Positions 44,259 through 53,130 of a DNA stretch of 64,000 nt are shown in pieces (the first letter of the stretch is position 1; the number at the start of each line of letters is the position of its first letter). The DNA comes from an uncultured Pseudomonadota bacterium. Lineage in GTDB: Bacteria > Pseudomonadota > Gammaproteobacteria > Burkholderiales > CAIKXV01. The translations under genes were made by a program, and so were the position numbers. Below the pieces are notes generated by a model that did not search any database, had not been told where the DNA came from, and saw only the letters and a program-made list of their open reading frames with translations. The stretch lies in assembly GCA_903831455.1 (NCBI GenBank), contig CAIKXV010000027.1, positions 39,208 through 103,207 on the forward strand. The letters are read 5' to 3'.

Positions 44259-45235
44259 TCACTGGGCCGTCAATCCCGCTGCCTGCACGACCTTGCGCCA
44301 CTTCTCCACCTCCGAGCGAATGAACTGCGCGAAAGGCGCTGGGCCATCGCCGTTGATCGAATAGCCGATCTCCACCAGCCGCCGCGACGTCTCCTCGCGC
44401 CGCAGCGCGTCGGACACGGCGGCGTGGAACGCGGACACGACCTCGGCCGGCGTGCCGGCAGGCACCATCGTGCCGTGCCAGAAGCCCGACTCAGCCCCCG
44501 GGAACCCGGCTTCCCCCACGGTCGGCACGTCCGGCAGCACGGGAATGCGCCGGCCGTCCATCGCCGCGATCGCGCGCAGGCGACCCGACCGCACATGCGG
44601 CAGCGCAGAGGCCAGCGGCGCGAAGTAGACTGCGCTCTCGCCCGCGACCATCGCGTTGATCGCCTCGCCTCCCCGCGGTACGGCACATGCAGCATGTCGA
44701 CGCGTGCGACCAGGCGGAACAGCTCGCCACCGATGAAGGTGGGCGAGCCGGCACCGGCCGATGCGTAGTTGATCGCGCCCGGGCGCGACCGCGCCAGCGC
44801 CACCAGCTGTTTCACGGTCTTCACCGGCAGCGACGGATGCACCACCAGCAGCGCCGGCGAGGCGCCGATATTCGTCACCGCGGTGAAGTCCCGCAGCAGG
44901 TCGTAGCCCAGTTTCGGGTACAGCGTGGCATTCACGCTGTGGCTGAAGTTGACCTGCAGCACCGTGTAGCCGTCGCGCGGCGCCTTGGCCACGAACTCGG
45001 CGGCGATGTTGCCTGCGGCGCCCGCACGGTTCTCCACGACGATCGGCTGCCCGGTCGACTGGGACACACCGTTGGCGAGGATTCGACCCACGGTGTCGGC
45101 GCCCGACCCGGCTGAATTGGGCATGATCCATCGCACCGGCTTGGCTGGCCAGCCCTGCGCCAGTGCCGGGCCTGCCACGCTGACGGCCAGCAGCGCCGCA
45201 ACCGGCGCGAGGGTACGCGCGCGTCGACGGTTCAT
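44259..45235 (-). pseudogene. Bug-family solute-binding protein gene interrupted by a frameshift
   Basis: The N-terminal two-thirds (MNRRRARTLAP...MLHVPYRG) read in the frame of ORF 44270..45373. The C-terminal third (GEAINAMVAGE...KWRKVVQAAGLTAQ) reads in the frame of ORF 44259..45350. The switch is at the G4 run (plus-strand cccc at 44671-44674). One extra G would restore HVPYRGGGEAI. Confidence 0.75.
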
Positions 45236-45311
45236 GGTCTCTCCTCCCGTCGGGTCGTGGGCGACGCCCGTCCGCGTCTCGTCCGCCAGGCCCGATCTTC
45301 CGTGGAGTCGC

Positions 45312-45340
45312 GTTATTGCACGCGTCCCGGGAGGCGTCAA
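45312..45340 (-). promoter_or_regulatory. candidate sigma70 promoter for the Bug(pseudo)-CitE-CaiB operon
   Basis: On the minus strand: TTGACG (45340-45335), a 17-nt spacer ending in TGC, then AATAAC (45317-45312). It lies about 75 nt upstream of ATG 45235. Confidence 0.4.
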
Positions 45341-45369
45341 GTCCGCGCACCGCGCAGGGGCGATGCGTA

Positions 45370-45391
45370 CCACCGTCCGCGCCGACGGTGG
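45370..45391 (-). terminator. candidate hairpin terminator after the amidohydrolase gene
   Basis: CCACCGTC-N6-GACGGTGG (8-bp stem) lies 26 nt downstream of the stop at 45417. There is no U tract. Confidence 0.4.
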
Positions 45392-45416
45392 AGGTCCATC
45401 GGCGCGGGAGCCCGCT

Positions 45417-46409
45417 TCAGCGTGTCTCGCCGAGCAGCGTCATCGCGGTGCCGCAGCAGATCTGATCGCGCTCGGCGGGCGTGAGCCGCGGCACGCGGTC
45501 CAGGTTGTCCACCGGGGCCTCGTCGCCCATGTCGAACGGGGAGTCGGTACCCAGCACGCAGTGGTCGGCGCCGACGCTGTCGATCAGGTGGCGGGTGGAC
45601 TGCGGGTTGTGCGTGAGGCAGTCGTAGTAGAAGCGCTGGAAGTGGTCGATCGGCGAGGTGGTGGACAGCGTGCGCGCCTCGGGGCGCACCGCATGCCCGT
45701 GCCGGAAACGGCCGATCTGGTAGGGCACGTAGCCGCCCCCGTGGGCGAGCAGGAAACGCAGCTTGGGCACCTCGTCGAGCGCGCCGCTGAACATCATGTT
45801 GGCGGTGAAGATGGTCGTCTCGAGCGGATTGCCGATCATGTTGATCAGGTAGTACTTGTCCAGGCCCATGTCCGTGCACCACCAGTTCGGGTGGATGAAC
45901 ATGAACACGCCGAGCTTCTCGGCCGCCCGCAGCAGCGGCCGGTAATAGAGATCGGCAATCTGGCGATCGTTGACCGCCGCCTGGATCTCGACCGCGCGGA
46001 AGCCGTGCTCGCGCACCGCGCGCTCGAGCTCCTCGATCGAGGCTTCGACGTCCTGCATGGGGAGTGTCGCCATGCCGCGCAGGCGGTCCGGACGCTTCGC
46101 CACCATGGCGGCGATCCCGTCGTTGGCGAGCCGCGCCATCCGGCGCCCGATCTCGGGCTTCGTCCAGTAGTAGAAGGTCGGCGGGGCGGCCGAGATCACG
46201 GAGATGTCGATGCCCTTGCGCTCCATCGCCTCGACCTTGGCGTCGGCGTCGTAGTACTCGGGCACCAGCGGGAAGCTGTTCTCCTTGCGCACCACCCGGC
46301 GGTTGTCGCCCTCGCCCTCGATGCGGGTGTTGAAGTTCTCGGGGTCGGCCAGCACCGCGTCGATCACGCCCTGCGGGATCACGTGGTTGTGAAGGTCGTA
46401 GCGCTTCAT
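45417..46409 (-). CDS. amidohydrolase-2 family protein (ACMSD-like metal-dependent decarboxylase/hydrolase)
   Basis: MKRYDLHNHVIP (HxH), FMFIHP, LAHGGG and GTDSPFD metal-ligand pattern are typical of Amidohydro_2 / ACMSD-type enzymes. Confidence 0.8.
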   Translation of the reverse strand: MKRYDLHNHVIPQGVIDAVLADPENFNTRIEGEGDNRRVVRKENSFPLVPEYYDADAKVEAMERKGIDISVISAAPPTFYYWTKPEIGRRMARLANDGIAAMVAKRPDRLRGMATLPMQDVEASIEELERAVREHGFRAVEIQAAVNDRQIADLYYRPLLRAAEKLGVFMFIHPNWWCTDMGLDKYYLINMIGNPLETTIFTANMMFSGALDEVPKLRFLLAHGGGYVPYQIGRFRHGHAVRPEARTLSTTSPIDHFQRFYYDCLTHNPQSTRHLIDSVGADHCVLGTDSPFDMGDEAPVDNLDRVPRLTPAERDQICCGTAMTLLGETR

Positions 46410-46513
46410 CTCGGGGCTCCGTGGCGGTCGGGATGCCGGCCGCGCGGGGGCGCGCAGGCATCGGCGGGGAAACGGCGCCCGCTCATCGGGCAGGCGGGGG
46501 CCGCGGCCGCGAG

Positions 46514-46521
46514 ATTATACT
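46514..46521. promoter_or_regulatory. isolated AT-rich -10-like element in a divergent spacer
   Basis: gagATTATACTgg reads TATACT on the plus strand (46516-46521) and a perfect TATAAT on the minus strand (46519-46514). I found no good -35 on either strand. Confidence 0.3.
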
Positions 46522-46574
46522 GGCGCCCCTGCCGCGCATGCCCGCGGCGGACTCGCACAACCCGGGAGACTTCG

Positions 46575-47501
46575 ATGCAGCAGACGGTGCTGGTGGTCGG
46601 CGGCGGAATCATGGGCGGCGACATCGCCACCTCCTTCGTGGCTGCCGGGTGGACGGTGCATGTGTCCAGCCCGTCGCAGAAAACCCGCGAGGCGATCCCG
46701 GGTCGACTGCGCGCAGGCCTGGCGAAGCTCGGCCGGGACGAGGCCGCCGCAGCCGGCGTCGGCGTACACGCCGACCTGGCCACCGTGCCCTGGGGCTCGC
46801 TGTCGCTGGTGGTCGAATCGGTGACCGAGGACCTCGCGCTCAAGCGGCGGCTGTTCCCCGACCTGGCCGCCCGCACGTCGCCGCAGACCCTGCTGGTCAC
46901 GAACACCTCGAGCTTTCCGATCGGCGAGATCGCCTCCAGCCTGCCCGAGGCCGACCGCGCCCGCATGGCGGGGCTGCACTACTTCATGCCCGCCCACATG
47001 GTGCCGCTGGTGGAGATCGTCCGCTCCCAGTGGACCGCCGATGCCACCGTCGATCGGCTGGAGAACTGGATGCGCGAGGCGCGCAAGGCGCCCATCCGCG
47101 TGAACCGCGACATCACCGGCTTCATCGGCAACCGGCTGCAGCACGCCCTGCTGCGCGAGGCGCTCTACCTGATCGAGCAGGGCGTCACCGATGCGCAGGG
47201 CATCGATGACGCCGTCCGGTTCGGCTTCGGGTTCCGCTTCCTCGCCTGCGGCCCGATCAAGCAGAAGGAATTCTCCGGCTGGGACACCAACTTCTTCTCG
47301 GGCAACACCATCTATCCGACGCTCTGCAACGGGCAGCAGCACGGCGAGATGCTCACCGGCATGGTGAACGGGGGTCGGCTGGGCATGAAGACCGGTGCGG
47401 GGTTCTGGGACTACACACCGGAGCGAATCGCCCAGGAGAAGGCGGACTACGAACGCCGGCTGCGCGCGGCGTTCGACATCCTTCAGTCGGAACTGGGCTG
47501 A
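46575..47501 (+). CDS. 3-hydroxyacyl-CoA dehydrogenase family protein
   Basis: VLVVGGGIMGGDIA Rossmann motif. HYFMPAHMVPLVEIV, ITGFIGNRLQHALLREA, and GxKTGAGFWDY. It is a paralogue of the gene at 565. Confidence 0.85.
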   Translation: MQQTVLVVGGGIMGGDIATSFVAAGWTVHVSSPSQKTREAIPGRLRAGLAKLGRDEAAAAGVGVHADLATVPWGSLSLVVESVTEDLALKRRLFPDLAARTSPQTLLVTNTSSFPIGEIASSLPEADRARMAGLHYFMPAHMVPLVEIVRSQWTADATVDRLENWMREARKAPIRVNRDITGFIGNRLQHALLREALYLIEQGVTDAQGIDDAVRFGFGFRFLACGPIKQKEFSGWDTNFFSGNTIYPTLCNGQQHGEMLTGMVNGGRLGMKTGAGFWDYTPERIAQEKADYERRLRAAFDILQSELG

Positions 47502-48649
47502 CCCGGCGCGGGGCGCCGCCGCGCGTCCCGCGCGATGACCGCCGCACCACTGGCGAGGAACACGCCCATGGCGACCGCCAGCGGAAGCACCCCGGCCACG
47601 CCGGCGATCGCGCCGAAACCGATCGGCACCGCGACCTCGATCGACTTGTTCACGGTCTGGCGCAGGCCGATCGCCTCGGCGACCCGCCCCTGGGGCGCTC
47701 GCGCGTAGGTCAGCGCCATGGTGAGCGGCATGCCGCAGCCGAGCGTGAGTCCGTAGGCCGCCGACAGCGCCATCAGCGCCCCCGGGTTGCCGGTGGCGAT
47801 CATCGCCGTGCCCGTGGCGGCTGCGCCGAACAGCGCGGCGCACAGCACCCGCTCCTCGCCGAACCGCGATACCAGCGCGGGCAAGCCGATCCGGACCGCG
47901 AAGGACGCGGCGGCATAGGCGGCCAGCACGAAGCCGATCGCGGTGGCCGACAGCCCGAGCTGCGTACCGTAGAGGGGTACGAAGAGCGCGAACAGTTCGT
48001 TACCCGACTCGATGACCGCTGCGGCGATCAACGCCCGCCGCAGCGCGGGGATGCGCCAGAGGTCCGCGACCGAAGTCGAGGCGCGCGCGGCATGGGCGGG
48101 AGGCGCGGCCGGCATCCGCCGGCGCAGCCACAGCACCAGGGCAAACGCCGCCAGGGGCGCGGCCGCGAGCATCAGCGCCGCGGCTCGATGACCTGCGAGA
48201 TCGATCGCCACGCCGGTACTGGCTCGAGCGAATACCCCGCCCATCGACACCGCGAGCGCGTAGTAGCTGAAGTTGCGCGTGCGGGTCGTCGGATCGCTCA
48301 CCGCGCCCACGAGGCTCTGCCCGGCGATCGCGTAGAGCAGGAAGCCGACGCCGATGACCACCGCCGCCGGATACAGGGCCCAGAGGCCCGGCGTGAGCCA
48401 CAACGCACCGATCGAGACCGCCACCGTGCCGCAGCCGATGGTGAGCGGCGCCCGCACCCCGACCCGATCCACCCAGCGGCCGGCGGTGAGCGCCAGCACC
48501 GCGGGCAGCAGCGAGAACAGCGCGTACACGCATCCGACCTCGAGCGGGCTTGCCCCGAGGTCGAGGGCGAACAGCGCGACCAGCAGCTTGGCGCCGACCA
48601 CGCCGAAGTGGGTCAGCAGGACCACGGCGACCGCATGGACCATCGTCAT
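47483..48649 (-). CDS. MFS transporter
   Basis: 388 aa, about 12 hydrophobic segments. The loop 2-3 motif is GRWVDRVGVR. It is a tandem paralogue of the upstream gene, and the start overlaps its stop (ATGA). Confidence 0.8.
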   Translation of the reverse strand: MTMVHAVAVVLLTHFGVVGAKLLVALFALDLGASPLEVGCVYALFSLLPAVLALTAGRWVDRVGVRAPLTIGCGTVAVSIGALWLTPGLWALYPAAVVIGVGFLLYAIAGQSLVGAVSDPTTRTRNFSYYALAVSMGGVFARASTGVAIDLAGHRAAALMLAAAPLAAFALVLWLRRRMPAAPPAHAARASTSVADLWRIPALRRALIAAAVIESGNELFALFVPLYGTQLGLSATAIGFVLAAYAAASFAVRIGLPALVSRFGEERVLCAALFGAAATGTAMIATGNPGALMALSAAYGLTLGCGMPLTMALTYARAPQGRVAEAIGLRQTVNKSIEVAVPIGFGAIAGVAGVLPLAVAMGVFLASGAAVIARDARRRPAPGQPSSD

Positions 48650-49827
48650 GGCGATGGTCCCTCGACGCGCCGCTCGAGCACGTCACCCAGCACGCCCCCG
48701 GCGGCGAGCAGCGATCCGTTCGCCCAGAACACCGCGGCGAGTCCCACCGCCGCGCCGACCGCGCCGAAGATGACCGGTATCCCGAGGTGGGTGAGGTTGA
48801 CGATCGTGAAGCGCACGCCCAGCGCCTCGCCCGAGCGTCCCGGGGGCGAGCGGTCGTAGCACATCATCATCGTCAGCGGCTGCCCGCAGCCCAGCGCGAG
48901 GCCCAGCACCGCCGACACCAGCGCGAGCAGGAAGGGGTCGGTGACCAGCGGGAACACGAGGTAGGCCGCTCCGGCCACCCACAGGGAGCGTGCAAGCAGC
49001 CGCCGCTCGCCCATGGCGCGGACCAGCGAGGGCATCAGCGCGCGCACGACGAAGGCGGCGGCGGCGAACGTGCCCAGCACCAGGCCGATGCCCGACGCGC
49101 TGAGTCCGATGGAATGCCCGTAGATCGGCATGAAGAAGCTGTAGAGGTCGAACGCCGCGACGGCGACCGCGCTGGTGGCGAACACCGGCCGCAGCGCGGG
49201 CAGGGCCAGCATCGCCAGCACGCCGGGACGAACGCCGTTGGCGTCCTGGCGGACGGCGTCCGCCCCCCGCAACCGCGAGGCCGCAACCGGGAGTTCGCGA
49301 CGCCGCCAGACGAGCAGCGCCAGCGTCCCGACCGGGAGCAGCGCGAGCAGCAGATAGGTGTGGCGATGGCCGAGCAGGTCGATCGCGAACCCGGCCATCA
49401 CCGGCCCGGCGAACTGGGCGATCGAGATCGCCAGCGCGAAGTTCGAGACGTTGCGGGCGCGCGCGCCATCGCCGCCCACCCGATTGACGAGGCTCTGCAT
49501 GGCCACCGTGAAGAACACGTTGGACAGGCCGAGCAGGATCGCCGAGGCGACGAGTCCGGAGAGCGTGGGCCAGCTCCAGGCGACCAGCAGCCCCGCGCTG
49601 AAGCCCAGCGCGCCCCCTGCAAGGGGAACGCGGTAGCCGCGGCGATCGACCAGCCGCCCGGCGGTCACCGACAGCAGGGCCGGGAACACCGCGTAGAGCC
49701 CGACCAGGATCCCGATGGTGGCCGCCCCGGCGCCCAGTTCGAGCGCATAGAGGGACAGCACTACCGTGCTGCCCTTCATCGCCACGTTGGACAGCACGGG
49801 CACGCCGATCGTGAGCAACCACACCAT
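48646..49827 (-). CDS. MFS transporter
   Basis: 393 aa. GRLVDRRGYR motif, about 12 hydrophobic segments. Confidence 0.8.
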   Translation of the reverse strand: MVWLLTIGVPVLSNVAMKGSTVVLSLYALELGAGAATIGILVGLYAVFPALLSVTAGRLVDRRGYRVPLAGGALGFSAGLLVAWSWPTLSGLVASAILLGLSNVFFTVAMQSLVNRVGGDGARARNVSNFALAISIAQFAGPVMAGFAIDLLGHRHTYLLLALLPVGTLALLVWRRRELPVAASRLRGADAVRQDANGVRPGVLAMLALPALRPVFATSAVAVAAFDLYSFFMPIYGHSIGLSASGIGLVLGTFAAAAFVVRALMPSLVRAMGERRLLARSLWVAGAAYLVFPLVTDPFLLALVSAVLGLALGCGQPLTMMMCYDRSPPGRSGEALGVRFTIVNLTHLGIPVIFGAVGAAVGLAAVFWANGSLLAAGGVLGDVLERRVEGPSP

Positions 49828-50048
49828 CCGGGACGATGCCTCCCTGGCACCGGCCGCTGCGCCTCGTGCCGCTGCGCGCGGACTCTTTTTCGAGTCCCGA
49901 TTCTACCCGAGGCCCGTGCTCCTACCCGCCGGCAATCGCGCCGCCGGGTCGCGCGACCGCCGGGCCGCGTGGACGCAGGTCCGGACGCGGGGTGCCGCGA
50001 TCCGCCGGGGGCCGCGCGTCCGCACGGCCCCGCGCACGATCGGCATGC

Positions 50049-50840
50049 CTACTTGCGCGCGGCCCCGGTAGCCGGGCTCTGGGCCGCGGTCTCCGCGAGC
50101 AGCTTCTCGATCTGCGCCGCGGGGATGCGACCGGTCAGCACGGCCCCGTCGCCGAAGATGAGGGTCGGCGTCGCCTGGAAACCCAGCTTCTCCGACAGCT
50201 TGAGCAGCGGATCGATCGGGTTGCGACAGGCAGGCTTGGCCCGCGGTGGCACCTGCTTGACCATCCACGCCTCCCAGGCCGCCGCGCGATCGGTCGAGCA
50301 CCAGATCTCCAGCGCGCGCGCACGGGAGCCCGGTCGCATCTGCTCGACCGGCACGAGGAAGGTGTAGATCGTGACGTCGTCGATCTTCTGCAGTTCCTGC
50401 TCGAGCTGCGCGCAGAACGGGCAGAGTGGATCGGAGAACACGTAGAGGGTGCGGCGTCCCTTGCCGCGCACCGTGCGGATGGCCGAATCCAGCGGCAGCT
50501 GCCGGATGTCGATCGCATTGAGCTGGCGCAGCCGCACGTCGGTGAGGTTGCGGTTGCTGGCCGCCTCGATGAGGGTGCCCACCAGCAGGTGGGAGAGCGC
50601 CTCGTCGGTGTAGAACAGCCGATTGCCGATCGCCACCTCGTACAGCCCCGGCAGCGGCGTGCGACGGATCTCCCGCACTTTCTCGCCGGGCATCTTCGCC
50701 TCGACGATCCGGCGCAGGTTGTCTTCGGGTGTCTGGCCCCGTGCGGGCGCGACGGTACCGGCGATCGCCAGCAGCGCGCAGAGCGCGGCGCGGGTGAACG
50801 CCACGGGAAGGGCCCAGCGGACTCGGACGGTGGGGATCAT
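50049..50840 (-). CDS. periplasmic thiol:disulfide interchange protein (DsbC/DsbG family)
   Basis: Signal peptide, N-terminal dimerisation-like region, and a thioredoxin fold with the active site FSDPLCPFCAQLE. A cis-Pro region TPTLIF is present. Confidence 0.8.
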   Translation of the reverse strand: MIPTVRVRWALPVAFTRAALCALLAIAGTVAPARGQTPEDNLRRIVEAKMPGEKVREIRRTPLPGLYEVAIGNRLFYTDEALSHLLVGTLIEAASNRNLTDVRLRQLNAIDIRQLPLDSAIRTVRGKGRRTLYVFSDPLCPFCAQLEQELQKIDDVTIYTFLVPVEQMRPGSRARALEIWCSTDRAAAWEAWMVKQVPPRAKPACRNPIDPLLKLSEKLGFQATPTLIFGDGAVLTGRIPAAQIEKLLAETAAQSPATGAARK

Positions 50841-50888
50841 GGCGACTCCTTCGATGGATGTCCTGCGGTACGGCGATCGCCGCGACGA

Positions 50889-51635
50889 TCAGCCCGCGGA
50901 CCGATAGGCCGCGATACGCGCGTGCAGCCCCGGCCGCGCCACGGATCGCACGAGATCCGCCAGATCGGCATCGGCCGTGGACGGCTGGGTATTGCGCAGG
51001 GCGATGGCCACCGCCGACGGCTCGAGCGTGGTGTAGCGCGCCTCGATCGCCTCGAGCGCCGCGTCCACGCCGGACTCCGCGAGTTGCGCGGTGAACAGGC
51101 CCAGCGCGCAGGCCCGATCGGTGTCGAGCACCTCGCCCGAGAGCAGGATCTCGCGCGCCGCCTGCTGTCCGACCAGTGCCGCCAGCGCGCGCGTGCCCAG
51201 CGCAAGACCGAAGCGAAAGCCGGGGAAGCGCATGCGCGCGCCGGGCACGGCAAGCCGGAAGGTGCAGGCCGCCACCAGGTCGGCCCCAGCCCCGAATGCG
51301 CCACCGCGCACGACCGCCACGGTCGGACAGGGCAGCGAGCGCACGCGCGCGAGCATCTGCTCGATCGCGACGAACCGCCACAGCAGATCGCCCTCGCTCG
51401 CAGCCTCGAACCCGGTGAAATCGAACCCGGCGCAGAAGTTGCGTCCGCTGCCCTCGACGACCAGCAGGGCGGGAGGGTCGGCCGCGACCGCCTCCAGGGC
51501 GTCGACCATGGCGCCGACCATGTCGGCGTCCAGGGCGTTGGCCTTCCCGGGCCGGGCGAGCAGCAGGCGCCTGCGCCGAGGGTGCAGGGGATCGGCCAGC
51601 AGTTGCACGCGCCCGGCGTCGGGCTGTTCGGCCAT
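50889..51635 (-). CDS. enoyl-CoA hydratase/isomerase (crotonase) family protein
   Basis: GKANALDADMV, GRNFCAGFDF, and VVRGGAFGAGADLVAAC crotonase motifs. ATG 51635 lies 2 nt after the upstream stop. Confidence 0.8.
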   Translation of the reverse strand: MAEQPDAGRVQLLADPLHPRRRRLLLARPGKANALDADMVGAMVDALEAVAADPPALLVVEGSGRNFCAGFDFTGFEAASEGDLLWRFVAIEQMLARVRSLPCPTVAVVRGGAFGAGADLVAACTFRLAVPGARMRFPGFRFGLALGTRALAALVGQQAAREILLSGEVLDTDRACALGLFTAQLAESGVDAALEAIEARYTTLEPSAVAIALRNTQPSTADADLADLVRSVARPGLHARIAAYRSAG

Positions 51636-51637
51636 GC

Positions 51638-52843
51638 TCACGCCCCCAGCCATTCGTCCATCACCTCCGCCCCGTGGGCACCCAGGGCGGGGGGCTGCCG
51701 GTAGACGCGGAAGTCGAAGCCCCCGATCAGCACCGGGAAGCCGACGGTGCGTGTCTCCCGCCCATTGGGCAGGCTCATCGAATGCACCAGGCCGAGGTGC
51801 TCGACCTGCGGGTCGGCGAGCGCCTGCTCGTAGTTGTTGATCGGCGCGAAGGGCACGCCCCGGCGCTCGAACTCCGCGAGCCAGTGCGCGGCAGGGCGGG
51901 TCGCGAACACCGGTTGCAGGAGATCGAACAGCCCGTCCTGGTTGCGGGCGCGCAGCTCCTGGGTCACGAAACGAGGGTCTGCAGCCAGTTCGGGCCGGCC
52001 GACCGCTTCGCAGACCTCGCGCCATAGCCTGTCGTTGCCGGCGGCGATGACGAAGGGCTCGTCGCTGCCCCGGAACCCACGGTAGGGCGCGTTGCGCGGA
52101 TGCGCCGACCCCAACGGCTGCGGGATGCGTCCCGTGCCGAAGAACTCGCTCGTCTGCAGCTGCGCGATGCCCAGCAGCGCGCCCATCATCGCGCAGTCGA
52201 CGTGCGCGCCCTGCCCGGTCGCCCGCGCGGTCATCACGGCGGCGAGCGTGGCGTAGGCCGCGTACAGACCCGCGACGAAGTCACCGACGGGTACCCCCGC
52301 CTTCACGGCTTCGCGTCCCGGCTCGCCGGTCACGCTCATCAGGCCGCTGACCGCCTGGATCGTGACATCGAACGCGCCGCGTCCGGCGGCCGGGCCGGTC
52401 TGGCCATAACCGGTCACCGAGGTGTAGACCAGCCGCGGGTTGCGTGCGCGCAGGGTCTCGGCACCCAGCCCCAACCGTGCGAGCACGCCTGGCCGGAAGT
52501 TCTCGACGATGACATCGGCCACCTCCGCCAGGCGCTGCAGTCGCCCGACCGCTGCCGCATCCTTGAGATCCGCGACCAGGCTGCGCTTGTTGCGGTTCAC
52601 CGAGGCGAAGTTCTCGGAGTAACGCTCCCCCGACGGCCCATCGACCAGTGGCGGCCAGCGCCTCATGTCGTCGCCGCCGTCGGGCTTCTCCACCTTCACC
52701 ACGTCGGCGCCGAGGTCGGCGAGCAGCATGGCGCAGAAGGGGCCTGCCGCAATCTGGCCGAATTCGAGCACGCGCAGCCCGGCGAGCGGCCCGGCGGGGA
52801 GATCCGCGTCGGATGAAGGGTTCAAGGCAGACTCGCGCAACAC
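51638..52843 (-). CDS. family III CoA-transferase (CaiB/BaiF/Frc-like)
   Basis: GLRVLEFGQIAAGPFCAMLLADLGADVVKVE and NRNKRS motifs. There is no in-frame ATG. Candidate starts are GTG 52843, TTG 52840 or TTG 52825. Confidence 0.85.
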   Translation of the reverse strand: MLRESALNPSSDADLPAGPLAGLRVLEFGQIAAGPFCAMLLADLGADVVKVEKPDGGDDMRRWPPLVDGPSGERYSENFASVNRNKRSLVADLKDAAAVGRLQRLAEVADVIVENFRPGVLARLGLGAETLRARNPRLVYTSVTGYGQTGPAAGRGAFDVTIQAVSGLMSVTGEPGREAVKAGVPVGDFVAGLYAAYATLAAVMTARATGQGAHVDCAMMGALLGIAQLQTSEFFGTGRIPQPLGSAHPRNAPYRGFRGSDEPFVIAAGNDRLWREVCEAVGRPELAADPRFVTQELRARNQDGLFDLLQPVFATRPAAHWLAEFERRGVPFAPINNYEQALADPQVEHLGLVHSMSLPNGRETRTVGFPVLIGGFDFRVYRQPPALGAHGAEVMDEWLGA

Positions 52844-52983
52844 GGGTTCGGGAAGCCATCGAGTGTAGTGGAAAGCGGCGGCCGGTCGCCCCTGCCAGCG
52901 ATACCAGCCGACGATCGGCACCGGTGGTAACGTAGGCGGCGCGCGCGGAGGTCCGGGATCGGCGGCCTGCGCGTCCCGCGCAG

Positions 52984-53011
52984 GGACGATCCGCGCCTGG
53001 CCGGATCGTCC
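52984..53011. promoter_or_regulatory. perfect 10-bp inverted repeat in a divergent promoter region
   Basis: GGACGATCCG-N8-CGGATCGTCC lies between the CoA-transferase (minus) and ornithine-cyclodeaminase-like (plus) genes, 120 nt upstream of ATG 53131. Confidence 0.3.
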
Positions 53012-53130
53012 TCCCCCGGGTCGACGACGCTTCGAAGCCTGCCGGCGTACGCGGGACCCGGCCGCGCGATCCCGCCTCGATCGAGCAGCCCCCCGGTCGC
53101 GTCGCCCCTCTGTCCCACGGAGCACCCAAG

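Noticed and set aside
44671-44674. Programmed -1 ribosomal frameshift or transcriptional slippage in the Bug gene
   Set aside because: There is no X-XXY-YYZ slippery heptamer. The G run is only 4 nt, too short for efficient slippage. No obvious downstream pseudoknot was seen. Mutation or sequencing error is the simpler explanation.
47483-47501. 19-nt overlap of the convergent 3' ends of the HBD-like gene and an MFS gene, as a regulatory feature
   Set aside because: Short convergent 3' overlaps are common in compact GC-rich genomes. Nothing in the sequence, such as a hairpin or motif, singles this one out.
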